Origin: a plasmid
Sequence record: NZ_CP137560.1
Strand: one strand, 5' to 3'
DNA length: 64,000 nt
Below, one piece after another: positions 15,785 to 24,911 of the stretch. Below the pieces are notes generated by a model. It did not search any database, had not been told where the DNA came from, and saw only the letters and a list, made by a program, of their open reading frames with translations. Position 1 is the stretch's first letter. Every line of letters begins with the position of its first letter. The translations under genes and the position numbers were made by a program.

Positions 15785-17017
15785 TTATCGGTGGAAACTT
15801 CTACTGCGTGGTTTAGGCTTGCACATGGAATGAGCCATCTGTGCGCAACGGTGGGCAAACTTCCAGTCATCTTCATCGTCTTTCTTTCCCCAACCAGATT
15901 CAGGAGAAGAACCGCCACCGCCACATGACTCAGACATGGAAGTGGCTGCATCAATGTACCCTGCAAACAACAGCATTGCTACATGAGCGACATTCTCCGT
16001 TGTCGCTATATCATTATCCTCTGGAATCTGAGCCTCATTAGTAAAGACATCTTTGACAGAGTTCGGAATCCACACCTTCTTGACTCCATCGCCAATGTTA
16101 ATTTGGAATGCTGTTTTTGAAGGTTGAACTTGTGCCTTTGGTTGTGATGCTGTTGAAGTCTGAGCGACAGGACGAACTGGGCGAGGCGTTGAAGCAACGG
16201 ATGGTGAAACAGGCTTTTCCTTGACCTGTGTAGGTTGTGGGTGCAGTTTCTTCCATGTGTCTTCAATCTTTGACACCATGTACTTTCTGCCAATCTCAGA
16301 AGCCTTGAACACGGAAGCGTTCTTGCCGACTGTATAGCCGACAAGTTTCCGCTGCTTGTCGTAACGAGGTTTAACCTCATAGCCTTTCATGCGCAACAGA
16401 TTGAAATATCTGTCAATGTTGAACTGCTGCATATCTTTGAGGATATGTTCGCAATCCTCCGCAAGTTCAGCCTTTCGCATATTCCGAATCTCCTGCGGTT
16501 GTTCCCATCCATGGCGCTTATTGATGATTTCCGCAGCCTTCATTGCCCGAAGGTGAATATCGTGTACATCATTGGTCTTACCCTCCATATCCACACGACA
16601 ACAATCAATGTGAAGGTGCAGCATTCCAGACTTGGAATCAGAGTGCAGTCCGCCCACATTCATAGAATTGGTGAAGTTGGTCTTTATTTCATTGGAGAAA
16701 CCGTTGGGCGAAAGTCCAACAGAATCCAAAACTCCCAATGCTTCGTCTTGGAGGTTTGCCCAATCTGCCATCGTGAAGTTTGCAGACTCTTCCTTTGATG
16801 GGGAAAGTACAAAAGTGGTCATGAACCTTTCCAACTTTCTGCCAACCGTCCTTTCCGCCTGATGATACTGGCAATGATGCTTCATCATGTACCAGATGGC
16901 GGTAGGGTCAAGACCATCGGGCATGTTGTTCACCTTGACCGTCTTTGCCTTCTCCTTTTCCAATGCGTACCTTACGGAATTGCCTCCATACGATACGACC
17001 TTTGCGAGCATAATCAT
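15785..17017 (-). CDS. mobilisation relaxase (MobA/VirD2-type relaxase domain, Bacteroides MobB-like)
   Basis: N-terminal MIMLAKVV.YGGNSVRYALEKEK motif (relaxase motif I with Tyr), HLHID His-cluster motif, Pro/Ser-rich linker. Confidence 0.8.
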   Translation of the reverse strand: MIMLAKVVSYGGNSVRYALEKEKAKTVKVNNMPDGLDPTAIWYMMKHHCQYHQAERTVGRKLERFMTTFVLSPSKEESANFTMADWANLQDEALGVLDSVGLSPNGFSNEIKTNFTNSMNVGGLHSDSKSGMLHLHIDCCRVDMEGKTNDVHDIHLRAMKAAEIINKRHGWEQPQEIRNMRKAELAEDCEHILKDMQQFNIDRYFNLLRMKGYEVKPRYDKQRKLVGYTVGKNASVFKASEIGRKYMVSKIEDTWKKLHPQPTQVKEKPVSPSVASTPRPVRPVAQTSTASQPKAQVQPSKTAFQINIGDGVKKVWIPNSVKDVFTNEAQIPEDNDIATTENVAHVAMLLFAGYIDAATSMSESCGGGGSSPESGWGKKDDEDDWKFAHRCAQMAHSMCKPKPRSRSFHR

Positions 17018-17424
17018 GATTGTTCCTTTGATTTTGTCTGTACGTTTGTTGCGATATTCTCTTCAATGCTATACCAATGTTGGATAAGTCCTGCAACGGC
17101 ATCAATCCACCAACGCATGAACTTCTCATTCTTGAAGAACCGAGCCTTTTCCTCAGCCGTTTTCTTGGATAGCACGTTGCTGATTTTTATCAAATCCGTC
17201 CTTGCGATGGCGAGAGAGTTGAGAGCGTCCACCTCTTCCTTGGTGAGCCTCATGCGTGGACGGTGCTTTAAGCCAGTCTCAACGACATAGCGGCTCAGGC
17301 TTAACCCACACTCCTTGGCATGTGTCTGGAGACGTTTCAATTCCTCTTCCGTGCATCGGTAGGTATGGACTTCCGTAGGCGGTTTTCTTATGATGTTCTT
17401 CTTTCTCATTTGTTCTTGTCTCAA
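17014..17424 (-). CDS. MobC-family relaxosome accessory protein
   Basis: 136 aa; overlaps relaxase start by 4 bp; RHH-like ...CTEEELKRLQTHAKECGLSLSRYVVE... typical of small Bacteroides Mob proteins. Confidence 0.65.
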   Translation of the reverse strand: MRQEQMRKKNIIRKPPTEVHTYRCTEEELKRLQTHAKECGLSLSRYVVETGLKHRPRMRLTKEEVDALNSLAIARTDLIKISNVLSKKTAEEKARFFKNEKFMRWWIDAVAGLIQHWYSIEENIATNVQTKSKEQS

Positions 17425-17503
17425 ATTAAAATGGGATGATTACAAGCATCTTACAAAGGTGGTCACGACTGCGAGCCTGCGAGTAGTCCGAGAAACTTTT
17501 AGG

Positions 17504-17534
17504 AATACAGAAAGACGGACACGGCTTCTGTATT
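17504..17534. promoter_or_regulatory. candidate oriT hairpin: AATACAGAA-(13 nt)-TTCTGTATT inverted repeat in the mobC-upstream intergenic region
   Basis: Perfect 9-bp inverted repeat in the 270-bp gap upstream of mobC, where oriT is found in NBU-type elements. Confidence 0.3.
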
Positions 17535-17694
17535 ACAAAAGGATTTCTCGAAAAGTACCTATAAAATGACGGCACTTTTAACAGCCTCCGTCCCCAAGGC
17601 TGCTTAAACGTATAACAGTTGGGCGGTAGCCTATGGCGGTTAATCGTCCTTTGGGATGATTTTTATGTATAGTGGCTTATTTGCCTCTGTATGC

Positions 17695-18519
17695 CTATTG
17701 ATTGCCGTTATGGTATTCGTTAGGTTTGTAGCCATTGGCATTAGAACCGTTCGACTGTTGTGTTTGACCTCCAAACTGATGCTGTGGATATGTGTTGTGC
17801 TCTCCCTCATTCTGTTTGGCATCTGCTTCTTGCAGGGAAGAAGGATTGCCAACAGACTGTCTGGAGTAGTTTTGCTGTGGAGAAATTCCACCAGTAATAG
17901 CATCGGAAAGATTGCCATTAGTTCCGATCTTACCCACGCTTCCATTATCATTAGATGAAGCCGAATTTAGGGAAGAAGAAATATCTGCCGTAGAAGAATT
18001 GCCCTTTTTGTCTGTATCGGATATTCCATTGGAAAAATGCCCATCTTCCTTGTCCGACTTTGTATCAACCCCCGTTGTCGTAACAATTACTCTTACTTGT
18101 GGAACTTCCGTGTGGATGATTGCAGAGCCATCAGTATTGCGCTTCAATGAAAATCCGTTCTTGAAAAATCTTCCGTCCACATACCAACCAGAGAGGGAAT
18201 GCAGGGTAATGATGCGGTTGTCTCCAACTTTTTGTGAAGAGGAAATCCCCACAGCCTCCATAGCCTGTAAAAGTTTGGGTACGGTCTTGCGGTCTTTATC
18301 CCAGAGTTTGGCAAGTTGGGTATTGTCAACCATACATTGCCCACACAAGATTTCCACTTGTTGGGTCTTGCTGATAGGTACAAGTGTTGTTTCACGTTCG
18401 GCAAGAGAGGCAAGAGACATGAAGCATTCCATGCGGTCAATCTTGTACTTCTTGCAGCGAAGATACTCCATCTGTACATCGGACAGCGTGAAGTAGTAAT
18501 GTATCTTTTGTTTATCCAT
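17695..18519 (-). CDS. conserved mobile-element backbone protein (paralog of 552..1202)
   Basis: Motif LAKLWDKDRKTVPKLLQAMEAVGI shared with 552..1202; Ser/Gly/Asn/Gln-rich C-terminal tail. Confidence 0.5.
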   Translation of the reverse strand: MDKQKIHYYFTLSDVQMEYLRCKKYKIDRMECFMSLASLAERETTLVPISKTQQVEILCGQCMVDNTQLAKLWDKDRKTVPKLLQAMEAVGISSSQKVGDNRIITLHSLSGWYVDGRFFKNGFSLKRNTDGSAIIHTEVPQVRVIVTTTGVDTKSDKEDGHFSNGISDTDKKGNSSTADISSSLNSASSNDNGSVGKIGTNGNLSDAITGGISPQQNYSRQSVGNPSSLQEADAKQNEGEHNTYPQHQFGGQTQQSNGSNANGYKPNEYHNGNQ

Positions 18520-18583
18520 CTTCTGTAAATTTTGAATATTATAACCATAAATGGCAAGACTGTTTTTCTCAGTAAAGAGAAAA

Positions 18584-18901
18584 TCATCTGTGCCGTCCTC
18601 TCCTTGGGGAAATGTCCTCTGCTATAACATAGAGCTCGCCTTGCAACCTGTCATTAGAATGGCTGCTTAATCGTGAAATGCACTCAATGCAGACAGACTG
18701 GGCAAGAAGTTTTCTTCTTCCGACAGTTGCTTCATCATTGATGCCCTTGTTGGCTCCGCATTGTTCGGCAAGCTGATTGAAAGCATCACGCATCCGAAAG
18801 TAGCCGTTGCCAGTATTGATGTAGCTCACGGCAAGGTCAGCGACATTCGCCAACTTGCTTCTGTACTCCTCATGGGAAATATCGTCCTTCATCATCGCCA
18901 T
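18584..18901 (-). CDS. hypothetical protein, mobile-element backbone
   Basis: 105 aa; 2-bp gap from the HTH gene. Confidence 0.35.
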   Translation of the reverse strand: MAMMKDDISHEEYRSKLANVADLAVSYINTGNGYFRMRDAFNQLAEQCGANKGINDEATVGRRKLLAQSVCIECISRLSSHSNDRLQGELYVIAEDISPRRGRHR

Positions 18902-18903
18902 GT

Positions 18904-19221
18904 CTATTTACAAAGTTCACTCATGTGCTTGGTCGCTGCAGCCTTGGTCTCAGCCTCGGACATACTGCGGTTCTGGCGCATCCAGTTCAAAAGTTCGGAC
19001 TTCTCAAAGTAGATAATCTTGCCGTTGGGACGGAAGAACGGAAGTTCATGCTTGTGTGTCATCTTGTAGAGACTACTCTTTGATATACCCATGAATAAGG
19101 CTGCTTCCTCCAGTGTCAATACTTGCTTGGCATCACGGAGTAGGTTCTCCATTATCCCAATGCGGTGCTCATGTGACTCTACCTTCAAGAGAAGAGTCTC
19201 GGTGTCGATAGTTTTGTTCAT
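18904..19221 (-). CDS. helix-turn-helix DNA-binding protein, excisionase-like
   Basis: LTLEEAALFMGISKSSLYKMTHKHELPFFRPNGKIIYFEKSELLNWMRQ; paralog of 1626..1958. Confidence 0.6.
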   Translation of the reverse strand: MNKTIDTETLLLKVESHEHRIGIMENLLRDAKQVLTLEEAALFMGISKSSLYKMTHKHELPFFRPNGKIIYFEKSELLNWMRQNRSMSEAETKAAATKHMSELCK

Positions 19222-19360
19222 TATCCTGTAATTTATTGTTTGTAATTCGTTGTACTGCTTGTTTTGAAAGTGTAGTCCCCCAAGACAGAGAGAATTCCCT
19301 GCCCGAAAAATGGGGACTACAAAAGTGAAATTTACTGGTTGTTATCCTGAAAAGTTCCGT

Positions 19361-20677
19361 TTACTTGTTATCCTGTAAAAAAGTTATTCTGCGTGGATGG
19401 GTGTTGGTGGCTGCTGTCCGCTTTGTCCTCGGTATTTGCTTGTTCTCCTCACGCTGTTTGCGACCTCGAAAGGCTTTCTTCGTGTTGTCAACAGCCTTGA
19501 CCTTTTCATTCGTCAGCACATCTGCATAGATGGCGGTGGATTTGAGCGACTTGTGTCCCATCAGTTTCTTGGTAGTCTCAATGTTGCCGGTAACCGCCTG
19601 CACCAAAATTCCGAATGTATGTCGGGAACAGTGAAAAGAGATATTCTTCTCAATGCCCACCTTTTTGGCTATCCTTTTAAGGGCAGCATCCACATTAGCC
19701 TTAGCAGGAAGGTGGAACACAAAATCATCATCACCTTTGGGTGGCATCCATGACAAGGCGGTATTGCCGATTGGTACGGCATTGAGAGCCTTTGTTTTCT
19801 TTTGGACGATTACAAGCGTGTTCGTTTCCTTGTTTCTCTTGATGTCACTCCACCGCAGAGCCTTGATGTCGCTTATACGAAGTCCTGTCAGACAGGCGAA
19901 ACCGAAAGCCTTTTGTGTCTCTGCAACTCCTGGACTTCTCTCATCTGAAGCCATGAACCTTTTCAGTTCATCGGGAGTGAGATACTGCTTATGTGATGAC
20001 TTTGGCTTGGGAAAGATGTCAGACTTCTCCAACAGGTAGAAAGGGTTAGCCTTCAATTTACCGAACTTGACAGCCTTGTTGAATACCGCCACTGTGCGCT
20101 GTTGAACATTGTGAAGCGAGCCTTCACACAAAGGCTTGGCTTCAACTCGTACATACTTCTGTGGTACATAGTCGTTCTTCAGCCAAAGGAAGAAAGCCTT
20201 GAACCATTCCTTGTCGAACTTCCTCAGAGTGATGTGAGGTCTGCGCTTGTTGGCAAGGAACTCGCTCATTAGGTATTTCAAATACTTTGACTGGTCAACA
20301 ATAGCCTTGGAGTAGTCTGTATTGTCGCTCATCCAGTCGATGTAAGTCTGGATCCAGTCCATGACTTCGGGAGACTCGTCATTGGGGATTTCCTTCACAA
20401 TCATCAAGTGACCTACCTCTGGGATGGTCTCTGGATGAAGAATACGCTCTGCCCTTATCTGGTGAGCACGTTGCAATGTTTCTTCGTTTCTTGCTTTGGT
20501 CTCTGCATCAACCTCTGGCAACAAATAGAGAGAAAGAAATTCAAACTTGCGCTTGCCACCATCGTAGATGTCAAGATACAAGCTTATGTTGTCGTTGGCA
20601 AGTGCCTTTTGTCTGATAGTTATTGTCATGTCTATATATATATTCGTTGTCAATGATTTATGTGAACATACCGTCAA
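19361..20677 (-). CDS. tyrosine site-specific integrase with N-terminal arm-DNA-binding domain
   Basis: N-terminal ISLYLDIYDGGKRKFEFLSLYL arm-binding-type domain; C-terminal HCSRHTF...LMGH...STAIYADV (R-H-R-Y catalytic signature). Confidence 0.85.
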   Translation of the reverse strand: MTVCSHKSLTTNIYIDMTITIRQKALANDNISLYLDIYDGGKRKFEFLSLYLLPEVDAETKARNEETLQRAHQIRAERILHPETIPEVGHLMIVKEIPNDESPEVMDWIQTYIDWMSDNTDYSKAIVDQSKYLKYLMSEFLANKRRPHITLRKFDKEWFKAFFLWLKNDYVPQKYVRVEAKPLCEGSLHNVQQRTVAVFNKAVKFGKLKANPFYLLEKSDIFPKPKSSHKQYLTPDELKRFMASDERSPGVAETQKAFGFACLTGLRISDIKALRWSDIKRNKETNTLVIVQKKTKALNAVPIGNTALSWMPPKGDDDFVFHLPAKANVDAALKRIAKKVGIEKNISFHCSRHTFGILVQAVTGNIETTKKLMGHKSLKSTAIYADVLTNEKVKAVDNTKKAFRGRKQREENKQIPRTKRTAATNTHPRRITFLQDNK

Positions 20678-21830
20678 TGAGGTTTATGGCTTCCTCCTTC
20701 TTCTTATCCACGATTTTAGCATAGATTTCCGTGGTCTGAATGTTGGAATGTCCCATCAGCTTGCTTGTGGTAAAAAGGTCTGCACCGAGAGTGAGCATCA
20801 TCGTTCCGAACGTGTGCCGTGAGCTATGGAATGAGATATGCTTCTCTATCCCTGCCGCTTCCGCCCATTTGCGGAGAGCCCTGCCTATAACGGTCTGTGT
20901 GGTCGGTATGTCAAAGAAAGGAATATCATTTCCTCTTGGCTTTGGCAACCACCGCTTAGCCTCTTCCGAGAGAGGTATTATAACTGGCTTCTCCGTCTTT
21001 TGCATTTCCATGTCTATGTATTCGCCCTTTCCGTCAGCGGTCTTGAAGATGTGCATCGGAGCAAGATGGTACATGTCACTTAATCGCAATCCAGTAAAAC
21101 AGGCGAAGATGAAAGCCTCCTTGACCTCTGGGCGGTAACTGTCCGTAGCCATGAGGGTACGAAGTTCCTCAATGGTCAGATACTCTTTCTTGCCGTCCTT
21201 GGGCTGAATGCGCTCACGTGCATCAAGTTCTTTCATAGGGTTGTTGCGAATAATGCCTTGTCGCACAGCGTTATTGAGAGCAGTGGAGAACATTCCGAGG
21301 TATCGGCTTGCCGTATTCTCGCTGATTGGTCTTGGCTCGCCATACTTGATATGGGAGTTTGGGAAGTTACGCAAGAACTTCACATATCCACGGCAGAACT
21401 CCGCATTGACCTCTTCAAGCGAAATGAAGCCTTTGTTGGTCTCGTCAAGATACTTCTCCACGGTGTGCAGCATTTCCACACGGCAATGGAGCGTTGACTT
21501 CTTGATGCCGACACCACCTTCACAATACTTCTTTATCCATGTGGTAAGAAGCATCGAGCCTTGTTTTACTGTCTCCCAGTCCTGTATGCCGTGACCATGC
21601 AGGGCTTTGATGCGCTCTGCCTTGATGCGTTCTGCAACTGCCATAGTCTGCTTGTTCTGTTCCTTGCAAATGGGATTGATTTCGGGAACGAGGTAGAGTT
21701 TGAGGTATTCATACTTCCTCACTCCCTTGTAGTAGATGTCAAGATAGATACTCTTGTTGCCATCTGCGAGCGACTTCAACCGAATTTTAATCGGTTCTTT
21801 CAGCTTTACTTGTTTCTTTGGTCTTGCCAT
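20658..21830 (-). CDS. tyrosine site-specific integrase (second, tandem copy)
   Basis: SIYLDIYYKGVRKYEYLKLYL N-terminal domain; HSSRHTF...LMGHSNIQTTEIYAKI catalytic motifs; 20-bp overlap with the downstream integrase. Confidence 0.85.
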   Translation of the reverse strand: MARPKKQVKLKEPIKIRLKSLADGNKSIYLDIYYKGVRKYEYLKLYLVPEINPICKEQNKQTMAVAERIKAERIKALHGHGIQDWETVKQGSMLLTTWIKKYCEGGVGIKKSTLHCRVEMLHTVEKYLDETNKGFISLEEVNAEFCRGYVKFLRNFPNSHIKYGEPRPISENTASRYLGMFSTALNNAVRQGIIRNNPMKELDARERIQPKDGKKEYLTIEELRTLMATDSYRPEVKEAFIFACFTGLRLSDMYHLAPMHIFKTADGKGEYIDMEMQKTEKPVIIPLSEEAKRWLPKPRGNDIPFFDIPTTQTVIGRALRKWAEAAGIEKHISFHSSRHTFGTMMLTLGADLFTTSKLMGHSNIQTTEIYAKIVDKKKEEAINLIDGMFT

Positions 21831-21978
21831 GATGTATGAAGTGTTATTTTGTTTTTGTATTCTGCTACATTGGAGGGTCTTTCTCCCTCTTGTTGAAAGT
21901 TCATGTCAGATATGGTTTCCTATGCTGACATTTGCTTTTCTTTCTCTTCCCTTACTTCGGAAAACTGATGTAAAGATA

Positions 21979-22024
21979 AGAAAACAAACCGAGAAACGAG
22001 AAACAAAACGGAAACAAGAAACAG
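21979..22024. repeat. cluster of 4-5 direct (A/G)GAAAC(A/G) repeats; candidate integrase arm-type sites at the int-proximal element end
   Basis: aagaaaacaaaccGAGAAACGAGAAACaaaacgGAAACaaGAAACag between the integrase start and the traE junction. Confidence 0.4.
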
Positions 22025-22028
22025 TCTT

Positions 22029-22469
22029 TTATGTCTTTTTAAGAGTGAGTTTAGCAAACATCGGAAAATTCAAATTGTCGCTTAAAGCATTGATACTTAG
22101 CGCATTTACTTTCATTTGCTTTCTTGTCTTTTCAAACGCATTTTGTAGGACTAAGATATTCTTGACATCCTGCTCCTCGTTGTTCATCTTCACATACACG
22201 GAGATAGCACCGATGATAGCTACGATACCTGCAATGGCATAGCAGAGGTTGGTGACCACAGGCACATACTTCTTCAAGCTATCTGTAGAGGTCTCGATGG
22301 CTGCAAGACCGGCATCCACATTCTGTGCGAAAGTGGAAATAGACACCACCAAGAGCATCATGGTCAACATACCCATGCGTGGGTTAGAAACGAAAGACTT
22401 GGCTTTCTTCACAGTGGCTGTGGCGCAACGTTTTGCGCCGCAAGCCAAATTACTGATTACTTTGTTCAT
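22029..22469 (-). pseudogene. traE: traE 5' fragment (DUF4134 signal peptide and first TM, through ...VYVKMNNEEQDVK) whose ORF then runs into element DNA
   Basis: MLTMMLLVVSISTFAQ signal peptide and AIETSTDSLKKYVPVVTNLCYAIAGIVAIIGAISVYVKMNNEEQDVK are TraE-like; the following 43 aa (NILVLQNAFEK...) are encoded by the inserted element. Confidence 0.6.
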
Positions 22470-22530
22470 TGCTAATTGTTTCTTAGATAAAATTAAATGA
22501 TTAATATTGTTTTTAAATGAAAATTGATTC

Positions 22531-22884
22531 TTACCACAAATGATCGGTTACACCATAATGGAAACCGAAGAATGATGGGAAGACCACCGTGGAAACACAT
22601 AGGAAAATCAAACTTCCTATCAGAATAATCACGCTCTTGGTGAATCCTTCCTCTCCAGTTTGCATCTTAATGTAGATGTTGGTAGCACTATAGAGCGACA
22701 GCAAGGTGGCAATAGCGTACATGAGCTGAGCCACGTAGGAGCACATGGTCAGCACATAGGTGACCATATCATATAGCCTTCCGGTATTGCCGCTATAATC
22801 TGTTGTACCACAGTTGGCCATCGCAACCTGAGAGCATAGAAGCATGAGCAGGGCTAATGCCAATAGTCTAAAGTTATCCTTCAT
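22531..22884 (-). CDS. TraE-like DUF4134 family small membrane protein (complete paralog)
   Basis: Signal peptide plus ...YIKMQTGEEGFTKSVIILIGSLIFLCVSTVVFPSFFGF matching the DUF4134 C-terminal pattern. Confidence 0.55.
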   Translation of the reverse strand: MKDNFRLLALALLMLLCSQVAMANCGTTDYSGNTGRLYDMVTYVLTMCSYVAQLMYAIATLLSLYSATNIYIKMQTGEEGFTKSVIILIGSLIFLCVSTVVFPSFFGFHYGVTDHLW

Positions 22885-22888
22885 ACTT

Positions 22889-23362
22889 TTAACCCTCGTT
22901 TATTTGACTGAGTGAACCCAAGATTTCAGAAGAAGTTTCATCAAATTGCTGATGACCAATTTGAAAATCCTCAATAGAGTACTCTTTCTCAGCATCTGCC
23001 TTATATGTTATCATTTCCTCTTTTGCCTTCTCTATCTTTTCATGAAGTTCTGAGGCTTTGAGATTGTTGATTTCTTCTACCGAAGCTTGCGCAAAGGTGT
23101 CCTCTGAATGAGAATCGTTTTCTTGACTTGGAGATTGTTCATCCAAAGTGTTTGTTCCATGCATGAAACTATCCTCATCAACATCCACAGGCTTTTCTTC
23201 TTCCAAAGCTTCCGGAGCTTCCTGCTCCGTAGTATGGATGATTTCCACATCTTCTTTCTTTTCTTTTCGGGATTCCTTATGACAATCAAGAGTAATGATC
23301 ACCACGTAATATCCCAATAAAATGATTGTTGCTACGATAGCAAATATGCCAAATGTTCCCAT
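22889..23362 (-). CDS. hypothetical acidic protein with N-terminal TM anchor, first gene of the tra-like cluster
   Basis: 157 aa; N-terminal hydrophobic helix then Glu/Asp-rich region; 5-bp gap to the DUF4134 gene. Confidence 0.35.
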   Translation of the reverse strand: MGTFGIFAIVATIILLGYYVVIITLDCHKESRKEKKEDVEIIHTTEQEAPEALEEEKPVDVDEDSFMHGTNTLDEQSPSQENDSHSEDTFAQASVEEINNLKASELHEKIEKAKEEMITYKADAEKEYSIEDFQIGHQQFDETSSEILGSLSQINEG

Positions 23363-23994
23363 TGTAATTTAAATTGTTAAATTCCTGAATACGGCTGCAA
23401 AGGAATAGCTTTTTTCCCTCATAGCGAGCAAAAACATAATAAAACTCAATTTTTAACTAAAATCGGACGTTTTGGGGCAAAAAACGTCTGACAAGTGTTA
23501 AAATTATCAAGATACCATTATGAGATTTTTATCACCTCCAAGAACGTAATGGGAGAAAAACTGTCAGATTTGATAGATTTTATCCTATCTAGTTCTTCGT
23601 TTTGTTCTTGGATGGTTCACCTCAATCTTCTTTTCTTGTTATCCGGGTCGCATACCCATTTACTACCTGCTTTTTTCTTTGCAAAGGTACGGATGCCTTG
23701 ACAGACACCAAACACCATCCCCAAAGGGGATTATGGCATAAAAAACTATTTGGAAGCCTTCCCGATTGCCTTGCAATAGGGTATTCCAAAAGTTTTTAAT
23801 GGCATTGCTTGGTTTTCTGTCATCATTTGGCAACCGTATTTTAAAGCACGAAAAAAGGCATAGTGGTAAAGGATACGCCGGAATGTATCTTTTAAAAAAA
23901 AGCTCGGATTCTCCAAGAACAAAAGTCTTAAAAAGGCAGTGGTTGCAGGAAATCCAGAATATATTTTATTGTTGAACTTTTAAATTTTATAGAA

Positions 23995-24309
23995 ATGGAA
24001 AGATTAATTTCTGAAAATGACCAAGAGTTTGCGGACGTGTTCTCACGATTTGTCAATGGGAAGATGGGCAGTGCTCAGCGAGTAGGGGAAAAGTTGGCTG
24101 ATGACCACAGATTTCTCGTGAATGAGAAATTCAAGGTAGTCATGGCGTTTATTGACAAACTATCCTTCTGTTATGGCAAGGGTCACTATGACCTTAGAGA
24201 CGAGTGGGCTTGTAAGTTGGCGGCATCCATCATGGAGCATTTGGAAGAGCATGAATTGTATTATTCACAAATAGATAATCAGGAAGAATATGACATATTG
24301 GGCAAGTAA
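23995..24309 (+). CDS. hypothetical acidic protein
   Basis: 104 aa; divergent from the tra cluster. Confidence 0.35.
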   Translation: MERLISENDQEFADVFSRFVNGKMGSAQRVGEKLADDHRFLVNEKFKVVMAFIDKLSFCYGKGHYDLRDEWACKLAASIMEHLEEHELYYSQIDNQEEYDILGK

Positions 24310-24859
24310 CAGCTATCGAATCGAGGGTAAGCAAGAGGACCTTCAGCAGATTTATGACCTTTTCGTTAAGTTTGACAAGGGAAGAAGAAAGCCGTTTGAT
24401 GAGCAGACATCCAAAGACTGGGAAGGTAACATCGTTTGGGCTTTGGGAGGTGAAACAAAGGATTATTATCTCCGTGGTTTCATCCAGACTTGTGAGATTT
24501 CAGAGGGACTTTTATGCATCGAGGCAGAAGAGGCATGGGGAGCCACAGACTTCCGCCATTTCCTTGAAAAGCATTATCAAGACATGAGCGTCTATTTCTG
24601 TGTGGAAGAAGAAGGTGAAGAGATTTATGCCACCAATGACATTGAGGGCAAATACTTCAAATTTCGCTATATGGTTAATTCTTGCATTGATGGAGTGGAT
24701 GAATGGGAATATTTCAATACTTCAGAAGAGGCACTTCAATATATTGCCAATCGTTTGGAAATAGACTCCTTAACCATTTCTCAGTTAGAAACATGGCAAG
24801 AGAACCATGTGAATGAGGATGATTACATCTGCTTCAATGAATATAAAATAGTAGCATAA
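24290..24859 (+). CDS. hypothetical highly acidic protein
   Basis: 189 aa, Glu/Asp/aromatic-rich; overlaps the upstream ORF by 20 bp. Confidence 0.4.
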   Translation: MTYWASNSYRIEGKQEDLQQIYDLFVKFDKGRRKPFDEQTSKDWEGNIVWALGGETKDYYLRGFIQTCEISEGLLCIEAEEAWGATDFRHFLEKHYQDMSVYFCVEEEGEEIYATNDIEGKYFKFRYMVNSCIDGVDEWEYFNTSEEALQYIANRLEIDSLTISQLETWQENHVNEDDYICFNEYKIVA

Positions 24860-24911
24860 ACATTAAAGGTAACGGAGAGGCTAACCACCTCTCCACAAAA
24901 TAACTCATGAT

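Larger units (their letters stand above)
10404..22165. mobile_element. composite ~11.7-kb insertion interrupting traE (integrase-less module 10404..13433 plus NBU-like mobilisable element 13434..22165)
   Basis: traE 3' part ends at 10403 and traE 5' part resumes at 22166; joining the flanks gives an uninterrupted TraE reading frame; TCTTGA at both outer junctions. Confidence 0.7.
13434..22165. mobile_element. NBU/Tn4555-like mobilisable transposon (repeat end, cargo, relaxase, mobC, HTH, tandem integrases, arm repeats)
   Basis: Gene content and order; int-proximal end with GAAAC iterons adjacent to the traE 5' fragment. Confidence 0.6.
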
